A DNA stretch of 64,000 nucleotides from an uncultured Alphaproteobacteria bacterium (GTDB lineage: Bacteria; Pseudomonadota; Alphaproteobacteria; HIMB59; GCA-002718135): the NCBI GenBank assembly GCA_902630465.1, contig CACOVJ010000001.1:48319-112318 (forward strand). The letters are read 5' to 3'. A program made the translations under genes and the position numbers. The notes below the pieces were generated by a model. That model made no database searches. It saw only the letters and a program-made list of their open reading frames with translations, and was not told the DNA's origin. Positions 18,632 to 29,902 of this stretch are shown here, piece by piece. Position 1 is the stretch's first letter. The number at the start of each line of letters is the position of its first letter.

Positions 18632-19690
18632 ATGGTTTTCGCAGAAAATAAAAATGACATCTTAAAGAAAATTAAAGATACAAATTCTTTTGAAGATCTA
18701 GAAAAATTAAGATTATATTATCTTGGAAAAAAAGGCGTTATACCTGAAGCTCTAAAAGGTTTAGCTTCTCTATCAATAGATGAAAAAAAAACTAAGGGGC
18801 AAGAAATAAATATTATTAAAAAATTTGTTGAAGATATTTTAAGAGAACAAAAAACAATTATTGAAAATTCTGATATTGCTAAGAAAATTAAGCAAGAAAC
18901 AATTGATGTTACTTTGCCACCGAGTATTAAAACAGTTGGTAAAATACATCCAATTAGTCAAACAATTTTCAATATTATAGAAATATTTGGTAACTTAAAT
19001 TATTCGGTTGAAACTGGACCAGATATAGAAACAGATTTCAATAATTTTACAGCTTTAAATATTCCTGAACATCATCCTGCAAGAGAAATGCAAGATACAT
19101 TTTATCTTGATAGTGATCAGAAAAATAATGTATTGCGAACCCATACCAGTCCAGTTCAAGTTAGAACAATGCTTACAAATAAACCTCCAATTAAAATAAT
19201 TGTTCCTGGCAGAACTTATCGAAGTGATTCTGATGCAACACATGCTCCCATGTTTCACCAAGTTGAAGGACTAGTCGTTAATCACAATGCTACCATGGTA
19301 GATTTAAAATCTACATTAGTTACATTTCTAGAAGAATTTTTTGAAGTAAAAAATTTAGAGTATCGTTTTCGCCCAAGTTATTTTCCGTTCACTGAGCCTA
19401 GTGCAGAAATGGATGTTGCTTATACTAAGGTTAACAATAAAATTAAAATTGGAGAGGGAAACAATTGGTTGGAGATACTAGGCTGTGGCATGGTTAATCC
19501 AATAGTATTAGAAAATTGTAAAATTGATTCTAAAATTTATCAAGGATTTGCATTTGGAATGGGAATAGAGCGATTATCTATGTTAAAATATGGAATTTCA
19601 GATTTGAGAAGTTTTTTTGATCTAAATTATAGATGGTTAGATCATTATGGTTTTAGTATATTACACAATCAAACAAGGTCTGGTCTTTAA
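18632..19690 (+). CDS. pheS: Phenylalanine-tRNA ligase alpha subunit
   Basis: HPAREMQDTFY, LRTHTSPVQ, FHQVEG, FPFTEPS and GFAFGMGIER motifs. Confidence 0.98.
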   Translation: MVFAENKNDILKKIKDTNSFEDLEKLRLYYLGKKGVIPEALKGLASLSIDEKKTKGQEINIIKKFVEDILREQKTIIENSDIAKKIKQETIDVTLPPSIKTVGKIHPISQTIFNIIEIFGNLNYSVETGPDIETDFNNFTALNIPEHHPAREMQDTFYLDSDQKNNVLRTHTSPVQVRTMLTNKPPIKIIVPGRTYRSDSDATHAPMFHQVEGLVVNHNATMVDLKSTLVTFLEEFFEVKNLEYRFRPSYFPFTEPSAEMDVAYTKVNNKIKIGEGNNWLEILGCGMVNPIVLENCKIDSKIYQGFAFGMGIERLSMLKYGISDLRSFFDLNYRWLDHYGFSILHNQTRSGL

Positions 19691-22081
19691 ATGAAGTTCA
19701 CATTAGACTGGTTAAAACATCATTTAGATACTTCAGAAGATCTTAAAACCATTACTGATACTTTAACAAAAATCGGTTTAGAAATAGAAAGTGTTGAAGA
19801 TAAATCAAATGACTTCAAAGATTTTAGTGTAGCAAAAGTTATTAAAGCTGAAAAACATCCAGATGCTGATAAATTAAAAGTATGTCAAGTTGAAACAAAA
19901 AGTGGTGACTTTCAAGTTGTATGTGGTGCGCCTAATGCAAGAAAGGGTATGCTAGGAATTTTTGCTCCTGAAAATAGTTATATTCCTGGCACAAATCTAC
20001 ATTTAAAAAAAACAAAAATTAGAGGTGTTGAGTCATGTGGAATGCTTGTTTCCGAAAGAGAGATGGGTATTTCAGATGAACATGATGGGATTATAGAAGT
20101 AGACACAACTCACAAAATAGGTGAACCATTCAGTAAAATATTTAAGATTGATGAACCCGTTATAGAAATAAATTTAACACCAAATAGATCCGATTGTTTA
20201 TCAGTAAGAGGAATAGCTAGAGATTTAGCTGCGGCAGGAGTTGGTAAACTTAAAGATTTAAAATTTAAAAAAATAAAAGAGTCATTCAAAAGTCCAATGA
20301 AATGGGTAAAAGACTTCGAAGATCAAAATTTATGCCCTGGAGTCTCAGGTAGATATTTTAAAAATGTTAAAAATAATGATAGTCCAAAGTGGCTTCAAGA
20401 TAGATTAATAGCTATCGGGCTTCGTCCGATATCTGCTTTAGTAGATATTACTAATTATGTAACTTTTGATTTAGGTCGTCCATTGCATGTTTACGATGCT
20501 GATAAAGTTTCTGGAAATCTTACTATGAGATTGGCAAATAAAAACGAAGCATGTTTGGCACTTAATGAAGTCAATTATAAATGTACTGAAGATATGATTG
20601 TTATATCTGATGATAATAGTAAACTACATGGTATTGGTGGTGTAATGGGTGGTCTCGATAGTGGTTGTAGCATGGAAACAAAAAATGTTTTCTTAGAAGT
20701 AGCTTTATTTGATCCAATATCAGTAACTAAAACAGGAAGAAAACTTAACTTACAAAGTGATGCAAGATATCGATTTGAAAGAGGAATTGACACTGAGTCA
20801 ATTTATTGGGGTGTTGAAGCTGCAAGTCAATTGATTCTTGAATTATGTGGTGGTGAGGCAAGTGAATTTGTTTCGACAGAAATAAATAAAAGAGAAATTA
20901 AGAAAATAAATTTTGACTCGAAAAAAATTAAATCATTTGGAGGTATCGACATTGATGTTAATAATCAATCAAGGATTTTAAGATCTCTTGAATTCCAAGT
21001 TAAAGAAAATAAATCAATTCTAGAAATTGAAATACCAACATTCAGACCTGATATAGTTGGTGAAGCCGACATAGTTGAGGAAATAATAAGGATCTATGGA
21101 TTTGATAAAATACCTGTAAAAAATATAATTAATGAAGAAGATAAAACACAAATCCTAAGTTCTTCGATCAAGACTTATCATAAAGCTAAAAAAATTATTG
21201 CTACACAAGGGTACTCAGAGGTTGTGACATGGTCTTTTATGGATGGAAATAAAGCAAAAGTATTATCTAATGATCTTATTAGTTTACAAAATCCAATTAG
21301 TAGTGATTTAAATACCATGCGTCCCTCAACAATTCCCAATCTTTTGGAAGCAATCAATGAAAATAAATCTCGTATGTATACTAGAGCTAAGATTTTTGAA
21401 GTTGGTCCAAACTTTTCTAAATCTCTGAATGAACTCCAAGAAAATGTTGCTTCAGGTATTTCATATGGATCAATTGACGATGATAATTGGTTATCAAATA
21501 AAAAAAATACTGATGTATACAGTGTAAAATCAGATTTATTCAGTATTTTAACTAGTTTAAATGTTCCAATTGATAATTTGTTGTACGATAAAAATGAAGG
21601 TAATATTTACCATCCTGGAAAATCGGCTACCCTGAGATTAGGTAAAAACATAGTTGCAAAATTTGGTGAATTCCATCCAATTTTACTTAAGACAATGGAT
21701 ATAAATATCAAAGTTTATGGGTTTGAGATATTTTTAGATAATATATTCCAATTTCAGGAAAGCAAACCTAGTTCTCGAGGTGGATTTTCAAATAATCCAT
21801 ATCAAATGGTTGAAAGAGATTTTGCATTCTTATTCCCAAAAGAAATTAAAGCAAATGAAATTATAAAAATAGTAAAAAAGATAGATAAGAACGTAATTAA
21901 TAAAGTAACTATATTTGATGTTTATGAGGGAGATAAGCTACCTCACAACAAAAAAAGTATTGCAATTAGAGTTTTATTACAACCAATAGATAAAACTTTT
22001 AAAGAAGAAGATATAGAAAATTTATCAAATCAAATTGTTGACCAAATTTCAAAATCATTTGAAGCTATAATTAGAAAGTAA
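19691..22081 (+). CDS. pheT: Phenylalanine-tRNA ligase beta subunit
   Basis: [27 protein letters not shown] and RDFAF motifs. Confidence 0.98.
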   Translation: MKFTLDWLKHHLDTSEDLKTITDTLTKIGLEIESVEDKSNDFKDFSVAKVIKAEKHPDADKLKVCQVETKSGDFQVVCGAPNARKGMLGIFAPENSYIPGTNLHLKKTKIRGVESCGMLVSEREMGISDEHDGIIEVDTTHKIGEPFSKIFKIDEPVIEINLTPNRSDCLSVRGIARDLAAAGVGKLKDLKFKKIKESFKSPMKWVKDFEDQNLCPGVSGRYFKNVKNNDSPKWLQDRLIAIGLRPISALVDITNYVTFDLGRPLHVYDADKVSGNLTMRLANKNEACLALNEVNYKCTEDMIVISDDNSKLHGIGGVMGGLDSGCSMETKNVFLEVALFDPISVTKTGRKLNLQSDARYRFERGIDTESIYWGVEAASQLILELCGGEASEFVSTEINKREIKKINFDSKKIKSFGGIDIDVNNQSRILRSLEFQVKENKSILEIEIPTFRPDIVGEADIVEEIIRIYGFDKIPVKNIINEEDKTQILSSSIKTYHKAKKIIATQGYSEVVTWSFMDGNKAKVLSNDLISLQNPISSDLNTMRPSTIPNLLEAINENKSRMYTRAKIFEVGPNFSKSLNELQENVASGISYGSIDDDNWLSNKKNTDVYSVKSDLFSILTSLNVPIDNLLYDKNEGNIYHPGKSATLRLGKNIVAKFGEFHPILLKTMDINIKVYGFEIFLDNIFQFQESKPSSRGGFSNNPYQMVERDFAFLFPKEIKANEIIKIVKKIDKNVINKVTIFDVYEGDKLPHNKKSIAIRVLLQPIDKTFKEEDIENLSNQIVDQISKSFEAIIRK

Positions 22082-23880
22082 TGACAGAACTTAGTTCTAT
22101 AAGAAATTTTTCAATTGTAGCACATATTGATCATGGTAAATCTACACTAGCAGATAGATTAATTCAATTTTGTGGCGGCCTTACAGATAGGGAAATGAAA
22201 GAACAAGTTCTTGATTCAATGGAATTGGAAAGAGAAAGAGGAATAACAATTAAAGCTCAAACTGTAAGATTAACGTATAAATCACAAGATGGAAAAAAAT
22301 ATATTTTGAATATTATGGATACACCTGGACACGTTGATTTTTCTTATGAGGTATCAAGATCACTTGCAGCATGCGAAGGCTCATTGCTTATAGTTGACTC
22401 GACGCAGGGAGTTGAAGCACAAACACTTGCAAATGCTTATCAAGCAATAAATAATGATCATGAAATTCTTCCAGTTCTTAATAAAATAGATTTACCATCT
22501 TCAGAGCCTGAAAAAATCAAATCTCAAATTGAAGAAGTCTTGGGAATAGAAACTGATAACGCATCTCTAGTATCAGCTAAAACTGGATTAGGCATTGAGG
22601 AACTTTTAAATAAAATAATTATTAATTTACCATCTCCATCTGGTGATCAAGATAGTCCTTTAAAATGTATGTTAGTTGATAGTTGGTATGATAGTTATTT
22701 AGGTGTTGTTGTTTTAGTCAGAGTTGTAAATGGAAGCCTTAAAAAAAATCAAAAAATAAGGTTTATGGCAACCGGAGCAACTTATAATATAGATAGAGTT
22801 GGTGTATTTTCACCAAAGGCCACTGAAGTGAATACACTGGGCCCAGGGGAAATTGGCTTTATAAATTCAGGTATTAAAAGCGTTTCAGATTGTAAAGTCG
22901 GAGACACAATTACAGATGATAAATATCCTACAGATAAGGTACTACCGGGTTTCAAACCATCCCAACCAGTTGTCTTTTGTGGGATGTTCCCAGTAGACTC
23001 TGACGATTATGAACATATGAGAGATAGCATGGCAAAACTAGCTCTTAACGATTCAAGTTTTTCATACGAACCTGAAGTTAGTCCTGCTTTAGGTTATGGT
23101 TTTAGATGTGGTTTCTTAGGATTACTTCATTTAGAAATAATAAGAGATCGTTTTGAGAGAGAATTTAATTTAGAACTTGTAACTACAGCACCATCAGTTG
23201 TTTATAAAATACAATTAAAAGATGGCTCTATTATAAATTTACATAATCCAACAGATATGCCAGATCCAGTTCAAGTAGAAAATATTTCTGAGCCTTGGAT
23301 TAAAGCTACAATCATAGTTCCCGAAGAATTTCTTGGTTCAGTTCTTGAATTATGTACTTCAAAAAGAGGTATTCAATTAAATATGAGTTATGCTGGTAAT
23401 CGACCATTAGTAGAATATAAGCTTCCATTAAATGAAGTAGTTTTTGATTTTTATGATCGATTGAAATCTCTTACAAAAGGGTATGCTAGTTTTGATTATG
23501 AAATAACTGGTTATGAGATAAATAATCTTGTTAAAGTTGGAATTCTTATTAATGGTGACCCCGTTGACGCTCTTTCACTAATAGTTCATAAAGATAGATC
23601 TGAGCAAAGAGGACGATCTTTATGTGAGAGGCTCAAAGACTTAATACCTAGACAACAATTTAAAGTAGCTATACAAGCTGCAATTGGAGGAAAAATTATT
23701 GCCAGAGAAACAGTTGCATCTTTTAGAAAAGATGTAACACAAAAACTTTATGGCGGAGATGTAACAAGAAAAAACAAACTTCTAGATAAACAAAAAAAAG
23801 GTAAAAAAAGAATGAGACAATTTGGGAAAGTAGATATACCCCAAAATACATTTTTAAATGCCTTAAAAATGAAAGAATAA
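22081..23880 (+). CDS. lepA: Elongation factor 4 (LepA)
   Basis: [32 protein letters not shown] and YGGDVTRK motifs. Confidence 0.98.
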   Translation: MTELSSIRNFSIVAHIDHGKSTLADRLIQFCGGLTDREMKEQVLDSMELERERGITIKAQTVRLTYKSQDGKKYILNIMDTPGHVDFSYEVSRSLAACEGSLLIVDSTQGVEAQTLANAYQAINNDHEILPVLNKIDLPSSEPEKIKSQIEEVLGIETDNASLVSAKTGLGIEELLNKIIINLPSPSGDQDSPLKCMLVDSWYDSYLGVVVLVRVVNGSLKKNQKIRFMATGATYNIDRVGVFSPKATEVNTLGPGEIGFINSGIKSVSDCKVGDTITDDKYPTDKVLPGFKPSQPVVFCGMFPVDSDDYEHMRDSMAKLALNDSSFSYEPEVSPALGYGFRCGFLGLLHLEIIRDRFEREFNLELVTTAPSVVYKIQLKDGSIINLHNPTDMPDPVQVENISEPWIKATIIVPEEFLGSVLELCTSKRGIQLNMSYAGNRPLVEYKLPLNEVVFDFYDRLKSLTKGYASFDYEITGYEINNLVKVGILINGDPVDALSLIVHKDRSEQRGRSLCERLKDLIPRQQFKVAIQAAIGGKIIARETVASFRKDVTQKLYGGDVTRKNKLLDKQKKGKKRMRQFGKVDIPQNTFLNALKMKE

Positions 23881-23900
23881 TTAAAGTATTACTATTTACA

Positions 23901-25352
23901 TTAATTACATTTATTAACGTACCAATTCATTTTTTTATTTTTCCAATTACTATTTAATTCAATAATTTTCATAGGATATGTTGAATAAATGATTTTGCAA
24001 TTACCATTATTATCTATTTTTTTTTGCAAATCATATTCATTAGTTATTACTAAAGTTTTATTAATTGAATTTAAACTTTCTGATTCTTTTAACTTGGGTA
24101 AAAAATGTGTATAAAAAAATGGTTCCATATTGTTAAATTGATAAGGATTTTCACCAATGAATTTAATATTTTGATTTTGATTTTCTTGATAATATAAAAA
24201 TTTATATAAAGCAATTTTACTATTAATTGGGAAAAACATAATAATAAATAAAAAAATAAAATTAAATATTAATGAAGAGTAAGCTGTAAATCTTTTCAAC
24301 CTTAAGTTTGAAATATTGTCTATTAAATAGATAATAAAAAAAGGCGCAAAAATATATATAGGAAAAATAAATCTGGTTTCTTTGTGTGAAAAAAATGAAA
24401 GTATTATTAATGTACCCAAAATCATCCATGTAAAAATATTTTTTGGATTTTTATATATAAAATATATTAACGAAACCAAAAATACTAAACTAAATATCGG
24501 AGCTAAATCTTTTAATATTGTTAATATATAATACCACCATGGTTGTGATCCAAATCCAGACATTCTACCTTCAAGTATTTGTAGCTGAAATATTTTATAA
24601 TAGATGTTTGCAAATTCTCCCCAATTTAAATAATCTACATATAGTCCGAAAAAAATTGCTGATGATAAACCAATTGATACTAATAAAATTTTATCAAAAT
24701 AAAATCTAAAAAAAATTACCCAAATAAAAATTGGAAAAATTGTAAATATCATTTGAGGCCTTACAACAATTGATAAACCCAATATAAACCCAAAAAATAT
24801 TATTTTTAATTTTGATCCCTTTTCATTGGTTGTTCCAAAAGTTTTAATTAGAAATGCTAATGCAATACAAAATAATGTTATAGATAAACTTTCTGAAGAA
24901 GTCCTTATATGTAAAAATGGAAAAAACCAAAAAGAAAAATATATAAAATAAATTTGTATAGAATTGTTTTTAAAAAATATATTTTTTAAAGAATTAAACA
25001 GATATAAAATACTAAATATCCCTAAAATACTATTAAAAATTCTAATTGAATAAACCCATATAAATGGATCATTAAGACCAAAATAATTTAAAGAAATAAT
25101 TATAAAATAGTAAAAATTTGGTTGTATCCAAGGTCTTATTCTGTGGTCATCTACCCATTCCCAATAATAATCTGAATAGTCATTAATCAAAATATCATTA
25201 AAACCAAGCAAATATGCAACTGGTTCTAATATTTGGAAATGCTCATCATCATTATAAAAACCCAAATTATTGTAAGATGCTAATGAGTAAATGATGATTA
25301 AAAAAAAAATAATTAAATATTGGCTATTAATTTTTTTTTTTAATTGGTACAT
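23901..25352 (-). CDS. Multi-pass GT-C glycosyltransferase, Alg9/PIG-B (GT22)-like
   Basis: About 10-11 hydrophobic segments; DDEHFQILEP in the first extracytoplasmic loop, then YWEW..RIRPW, RTSSES, RPQ, QPWWYY and HKETRFIFP, resembling the PIG-B/Alg9 DE..Q and HKE.RF motifs. Confidence 0.72.
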   Translation of the reverse strand: MYQLKKKINSQYLIIFFLIIIYSLASYNNLGFYNDDEHFQILEPVAYLLGFNDILINDYSDYYWEWVDDHRIRPWIQPNFYYFIIISLNYFGLNDPFIWVYSIRIFNSILGIFSILYLFNSLKNIFFKNNSIQIYFIYFSFWFFPFLHIRTSSESLSITLFCIALAFLIKTFGTTNEKGSKLKIIFFGFILGLSIVVRPQMIFTIFPIFIWVIFFRFYFDKILLVSIGLSSAIFFGLYVDYLNWGEFANIYYKIFQLQILEGRMSGFGSQPWWYYILTILKDLAPIFSLVFLVSLIYFIYKNPKNIFTWMILGTLIILSFFSHKETRFIFPIYIFAPFFIIYLIDNISNLRLKRFTAYSSLIFNFIFLFIIMFFPINSKIALYKFLYYQENQNQNIKFIGENPYQFNNMEPFFYTHFLPKLKESESLNSINKTLVITNEYDLQKKIDNNGNCKIIYSTYPMKIIELNSNWKNKKMNWYVNKCN

Positions 25353-25410
25353 TTTTATCTTACTATATATATTTATTCATGAAACAATTACAGACTATTT
25401 AAAAGATATT

Positions 25411-26340
25411 ATGAAGAAAAAAATCTTAGTAGCTGGCGGTGCAGGCTTTATAGGTTTCCATTTATGTAAAAAACTGATTAGAAATAATATTGTATTTTGT
25501 GTTGACAATCTTTCTACTGGAAACATTAACAATGTAAAAGAATTGCAAAATAATAATAATTTTTATTTTATAAAGAAAAACATACAAAAAAAATTTAATA
25601 TAACTTGTGATGAAATATATAATCTTGCTTGTCCTGCGTCACCAAACAAATATCAAAAAAATCCAATTGACACAATTAAAACTAATGTGTTTGGATCAAT
25701 AAATTTATTAGACATAGCAAAAAAAAATAAAGCAAAAATATTTCAAGCATCCACAAGTGAAATATATGGGGATCCTTTAGTACATCCTCAAAATGAAAAA
25801 TACAGAGGAAATGTTAATATAACTGGTGTTCGGGCATGCTATGATGAAGGTAAAAGAATAGCGGAGTCATTATTCTTTGATTACAATAGATCTGCAAACA
25901 TAAAAATAAAAGTTGCAAGAATATTTAACACTTATGGTCCTTACATGAATACCGATGATGGAAGAGTGGTGAGCAATTTTATTGTTTCTGCATTACAAAA
26001 CAAACCTTTATTAATTAATGGAGATGGATCTCAAACTAGGTCGTTTTGTTATGTTGATGATACAATAAAAGGTATAATAAAATTAATGAATTCAGGAAAA
26101 AATATATTAGGCCCAATAAACATAGGATCAACTAATGAAAAGACAATACTTTTCTTAGCTAAAAAAATAATTCAAATGACAAATTCAAAAAGTAAAATTT
26201 TTTTCAATGATTTTAAAGCAGATGATCCAATTAAAAGAAAGCCTGATGTCAAATTAGCAAATAAAATTTTAAAATGGAAAGAAAAAACAAGTCTGGAAGA
26301 TGGAATAAAAAAAACTATAGAGTATTTTAAAAAAATATGA
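25411..26340 (+). CDS. uxs: UDP-glucuronate decarboxylase (UDP-xylose synthase)
   Basis: GGAGFIG, YNLACPASP, ASTSEIYGDP, RACYDEGKR (YxxxK), RIFNTYGP and DGRVVSNFI. ATG at 25411 preferred because the track start at 25291 overlaps the opposite gene. Confidence 0.9.
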   Translation: MKKKILVAGGAGFIGFHLCKKLIRNNIVFCVDNLSTGNINNVKELQNNNNFYFIKKNIQKKFNITCDEIYNLACPASPNKYQKNPIDTIKTNVFGSINLLDIAKKNKAKIFQASTSEIYGDPLVHPQNEKYRGNVNITGVRACYDEGKRIAESLFFDYNRSANIKIKVARIFNTYGPYMNTDDGRVVSNFIVSALQNKPLLINGDGSQTRSFCYVDDTIKGIIKLMNSGKNILGPINIGSTNEKTILFLAKKIIQMTNSKSKIFFNDFKADDPIKRKPDVKLANKILKWKEKTSLEDGIKKTIEYFKKI

Positions 26341-27026
26341 AACTTTCAGTAATAATACCTTGTTATAATGAAGAAAAGACTATTGATGTTATTTTAGATA
26401 AAGTTATTAAAAATAATTATACTGATAAAGAAATAATTGTTATTGACGATTATTCAACTGATAATTCTAGAAAAATTATTGAAAAATATAAAGAAAATAA
26501 AATATTCAAATTCATTTTTAACCAAAAAAATAGAGGGAAGGGTTTTTGTATAAGGGCAGGTATCAAAATTGCAGATGGTGATATAATAATTATTCAGGAT
26601 GCTGATCTAGAATACGATCCATCAGAGCATATAAGAGTAATACAACCTATTTTAGATGGAAAAGCTGATGTTGTTTATGGTTCAAGATTTAGAGGATATG
26701 GAGTTTCTAGAACAATTTATTTTTGGCATAGAATAGGAAATTTTTTAATTACAAATTTATGTAATATTTTTACAAATTTAAATCTCACAGATGTAGAAAC
26801 ATGTTTTAAAGCTATAAAGCTAGAGAAAATTAAAAACATACAGCTTAAAGAAAATGGTTTTGGAATTGAGCCAGAAATTACAATAAAATTAGCAAAAAAT
26901 AAATGCAGATTTTACGAAGTAGGTATTAGTTATTACGGTAGAGAATACTCAGAAGGAAAAAAAATAACTTGGATAGATGGTATAAAAGCTATTTTTTATA
27001 TCTTCAGATATTCATTTTTTAAATAA
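26337..27026 (+). CDS. Glycosyltransferase family 2, DPM1/polyprenyl-phosphate glycosyltransferase-like
   Basis: SVIIPCYNEE, DDYSTD, QDADLEYDP, VYGSRF, TDVET and GREYSEGKKI motifs; ATGA overlap with uxs. Confidence 0.88.
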   Translation: MKLSVIIPCYNEEKTIDVILDKVIKNNYTDKEIIVIDDYSTDNSRKIIEKYKENKIFKFIFNQKNRGKGFCIRAGIKIADGDIIIIQDADLEYDPSEHIRVIQPILDGKADVVYGSRFRGYGVSRTIYFWHRIGNFLITNLCNIFTNLNLTDVETCFKAIKLEKIKNIQLKENGFGIEPEITIKLAKNKCRFYEVGISYYGREYSEGKKITWIDGIKAIFYIFRYSFFK

Positions 27027-27089
27027 AATTTTTATATCTATCAATTTAAATCATGAATGATAAATTAATTATTAATATTTAAATTACAT

Positions 27090-28961
27090 ATGAAGCTTAA
27101 TTATAGACCAGAAATTGATGGGTTGAGAGCAATCGCTGTTATTGCTGTAATTTTATACCATGCTCAAATAAGTAAATTTTTTTATGGAGGGTATGTTGGA
27201 GTAGATATTTTTTTTGTAATTTCTGGCTATTTAATAACATCTATTATTTTTAAAGAGCTTCTAAATACGAATAGCTTTAATTTTAAATATTTTTTTGAAA
27301 GAAGAATTAGAAGAATTATTCCAGTTTTGTTAATAATGAAATTAGCAGTGCTTCCATTCGCACTAGTTTTATTACCTCCAAGTAGATTAATTGAATTCTC
27401 TACATCTGCATTGTATTCATTAGGTTTTGTATCAAATATATATTTTTATTATACTGGTTTGCAATATGAAGCACTTGAAGGGCTATTTGTTCCACTACTT
27501 CATACATGGTCATTATCTGTTGAAGAACAATTTTATCTATTATTTCCAGTTTTATTTTTTATAATTTTTAGATACCTAAACAATAAAATATTTTTATTCT
27601 TAAGTTCAATAATTCTTATTAGTTTAGTTTTGTCTGAAATATATATTATCGAAGATAAATCTTTTGTTTTTTATTCGACTTTTACAAGAGTTTGGGAGTT
27701 GATCATAGGTTCACTACTTGCATATTTTGAATATAGAAGACCAGAAAGAAGTAATAATAATAAAATTTTAAACTCCGCAATGCCTATATTGGGAATTATT
27801 TTAATTTTGTTAACAATATTTTTATTTGATGATAAAACTCGGCATCCATCTATTTTAACTCTTATTCCAGTAATTGGAACTGCTATTATCATTTGGTTTG
27901 CAAATAGAGATAATTTAATTACAAAAATATTATCTAATAAATATTTAGTATTTATTGGTTTAATTTCTTATTCACTATATATTTGGCATTACCCAATCTT
28001 TGCTTTTGCTAAAATTAGTGGTTGGACAAGCGGCAGCTTTGTAGCTAAAATTATATTAGGTTTTATAACAATATCAATTTCAATTATTTCTTATTTTTTT
28101 ATTGAAAATATTTTTAGAAATAAAAAATTTAGATTTAAATATATTTTATACTCTCTAATTTTTACTTCTATTGTAATAATTTTTTGTAATTTATTAATTA
28201 TTAATAAAAATGGATTCCCAGAAAGATTCAAAAATTTAAAAGAAATAAATAAAAATTATAATTTAGACAATTTTTATTTAGAGAAGAAAAGGTTATCGAA
28301 TGATTTTCATTTAAAAAATACTTTTGATTTAAACAAAAAAAATATTTTGATAATAGGTGATAGTCATGCTGATGATTTTAGAAATATGTTTTTTGAAAAT
28401 AAAGAACTATTTGAAGAGTACGATTTCTTAAGCTTACTTAAAAATAATATAAATATTAATAATGATATTGAATTATTAAAGAATCATAAATTAGTGATGG
28501 AGGCAGAATATATAATTTTTTCGTATAGATGGACACAAAAAATAATTGAAGAAGTTTTTAACGAGTTAATACCTCATTACAAAAGTCTAAATAAAAAAAT
28601 TATTATTACATCTAGTGTTAATGAATATTATACACCATCAAAAATGTATACTTTACTCGATCATTTAATTTTGTTTGGTAACAAAAAAATAGACTACTTT
28701 AATCTAAAAAATGAATATTATGAAAACAGAACCCTAAATTCAAAATCAAGTATAAATATAGAATTAAAAAAAAGATCTATATTTTTAAACTTGAAATATT
28801 TGAACAAGGAAGACTATATGTGTGATTTGATTTTAATGGAGTGTGATTATTTAGATGAAGAAGGCTATAAACTTTTTTATGATAATGATCATATGACAAA
28901 TAGAGGAGCAAAGCATTTTGGAAAAAAAATTCATGATATAAAATGGTTTAATTTAAATTAA
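27090..28961 (+). CDS. OafA/OatA-type O-acyltransferase (AT3 membrane domain + SGNH domain)
   Basis: YRPEIDGLRA, GVDIFFVISG, RRIRRI and HTWSLSVEEQFY motifs; C-terminal GDSH and DNDH catalytic motifs. Confidence 0.9.
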   Translation: MKLNYRPEIDGLRAIAVIAVILYHAQISKFFYGGYVGVDIFFVISGYLITSIIFKELLNTNSFNFKYFFERRIRRIIPVLLIMKLAVLPFALVLLPPSRLIEFSTSALYSLGFVSNIYFYYTGLQYEALEGLFVPLLHTWSLSVEEQFYLLFPVLFFIIFRYLNNKIFLFLSSIILISLVLSEIYIIEDKSFVFYSTFTRVWELIIGSLLAYFEYRRPERSNNNKILNSAMPILGIILILLTIFLFDDKTRHPSILTLIPVIGTAIIIWFANRDNLITKILSNKYLVFIGLISYSLYIWHYPIFAFAKISGWTSGSFVAKIILGFITISISIISYFFIENIFRNKKFRFKYILYSLIFTSIVIIFCNLLIINKNGFPERFKNLKEINKNYNLDNFYLEKKRLSNDFHLKNTFDLNKKNILIIGDSHADDFRNMFFENKELFEEYDFLSLLKNNININNDIELLKNHKLVMEAEYIIFSYRWTQKIIEEVFNELIPHYKSLNKKIIITSSVNEYYTPSKMYTLLDHLILFGNKKIDYFNLKNEYYENRTLNSKSSINIELKKRSIFLNLKYLNKEDYMCDLILMECDYLDEEGYKLFYDNDHMTNRGAKHFGKKIHDIKWFNLN

Positions 28962-29050
28962 AATAGTTTCATATAATTACTTTGATAATAAAAATTATAT
29001 TTTTTGTTTAATTATTTTATATTTTTTTGTGTTATAAAATTTATGATAAT

Positions 29051-29689
29051 ATGCCTACTTTGATATCAAACAGAAAAAATTATATTTTTATTCATATTCC
29101 AAAATGTGCAGGTACTTCCATTGCAAAATATTTAAATAAATACGATAATGACTCTATTTCTATTAAATTATTTAATTACATCACAAGAAGATTTGGATCT
29201 AAAAAAAATATTTTCTTTCATGGGCCATTCTTAAGCTTTTTTAACCCAAAATTTATTAATGATCATGAAACAGCTTATAATCTAAAAAAAATAATAGGCG
29301 AAAAAGAATTTGAGAGATATTTTAAATTTTGTTTTGTTAGAAATCCTTGGGCTAGATCACTTTCAAGATATAATTATTATATCTACCATTCTAAAAGCAA
29401 GATAACTTTTAAAGAATTTTTAAATAAAGACTTTCAACCTCAATTAAAAAGAATATCTGATAATAGTGGCAATATCCTTGTAGATTTTATTGGTTCATTT
29501 GAAAATTTTGATAAGGATTTTCAAAAAATTTTAAATATAATTAAAATAGATTACAAAAAAGAAAACTTAATGCACATTAATAAAACAAAATTTATAGATG
29601 ATTATAAAAAGTATTATGACGAGGAATGTTTTCAAATTGTTGATAAGAAATACGCAGAAGATATAAAATATTTTGATTATAAGTTTTAG
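29051..29689 (+). CDS. Sulfotransferase family 2 (carbohydrate sulfotransferase-like)
   Basis: FIHIPKCAGTSI (5'-PSB), FVRNPWARSLSRY (3'-PB), DFIGSFEN and terminal YAEDIKYFDYKF. ATG at 29051 preferred. Confidence 0.85.
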   Translation: MPTLISNRKNYIFIHIPKCAGTSIAKYLNKYDNDSISIKLFNYITRRFGSKKNIFFHGPFLSFFNPKFINDHETAYNLKKIIGEKEFERYFKFCFVRNPWARSLSRYNYYIYHSKSKITFKEFLNKDFQPQLKRISDNSGNILVDFIGSFENFDKDFQKILNIIKIDYKKENLMHINKTKFIDDYKKYYDEECFQIVDKKYAEDIKYFDYKF

Positions 29690-29737
29690 TTTATATATTT
29701 AAAAAATATCATTATAATATTATTTTTTGTATTATTT

Positions 29738-29827
29738 GGAGAGATGTGAGAGCGGTTTAATCAGCACGCTTGGAAAGCGTGTGTAGTAGCAATACTACCG
29801 AGGGTTCGAATCCCTCTCTCTCCGCCA
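29738..29827 (+). tRNA. tRNA-Ser (anticodon GGA)
   Basis: Acceptor GGAGAGA/TCTCTCC, anticodon arm CACGC-TTGGAAA-GCGTG, long variable arm GTAGTAGCAATACTAC, T arm GAGGG-TTCGAAT-CCCTC, discriminator G and encoded CCA. Confidence 0.97.
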
Positions 29828-29902
29828 TAAATCAATCTATTTATAATATAGTAAAGAAAATTTATCTTTTAAGTGAATGGGTTCAACGTTCTAAACTAAG
29901 AA

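Noticed and set aside
25300..25341. A10 and T11 homopolymers at the 5' end of the GT-C gene as a phase-variation switch
   Set aside because: Similar 9-10 nt A/T runs occur in core genes (for example in kdsD near 5056-5065), so they are expected in this AT-rich genome; the frame is intact.
25291..25410. Hydrophobic N-terminal extension (membrane anchor) on UDP-xylose synthase, as in eukaryotic UXS
   Set aside because: It overlaps the start of the opposite-strand GT-C gene and the low-complexity gap; the Rossmann motif begins right after Met at 25411.
29800..29902. Prophage/ICE attachment site at the tRNA-Ser 3' end
   Set aside because: I found no second copy of the tRNA 3' end and no integrase or phage gene in the window.
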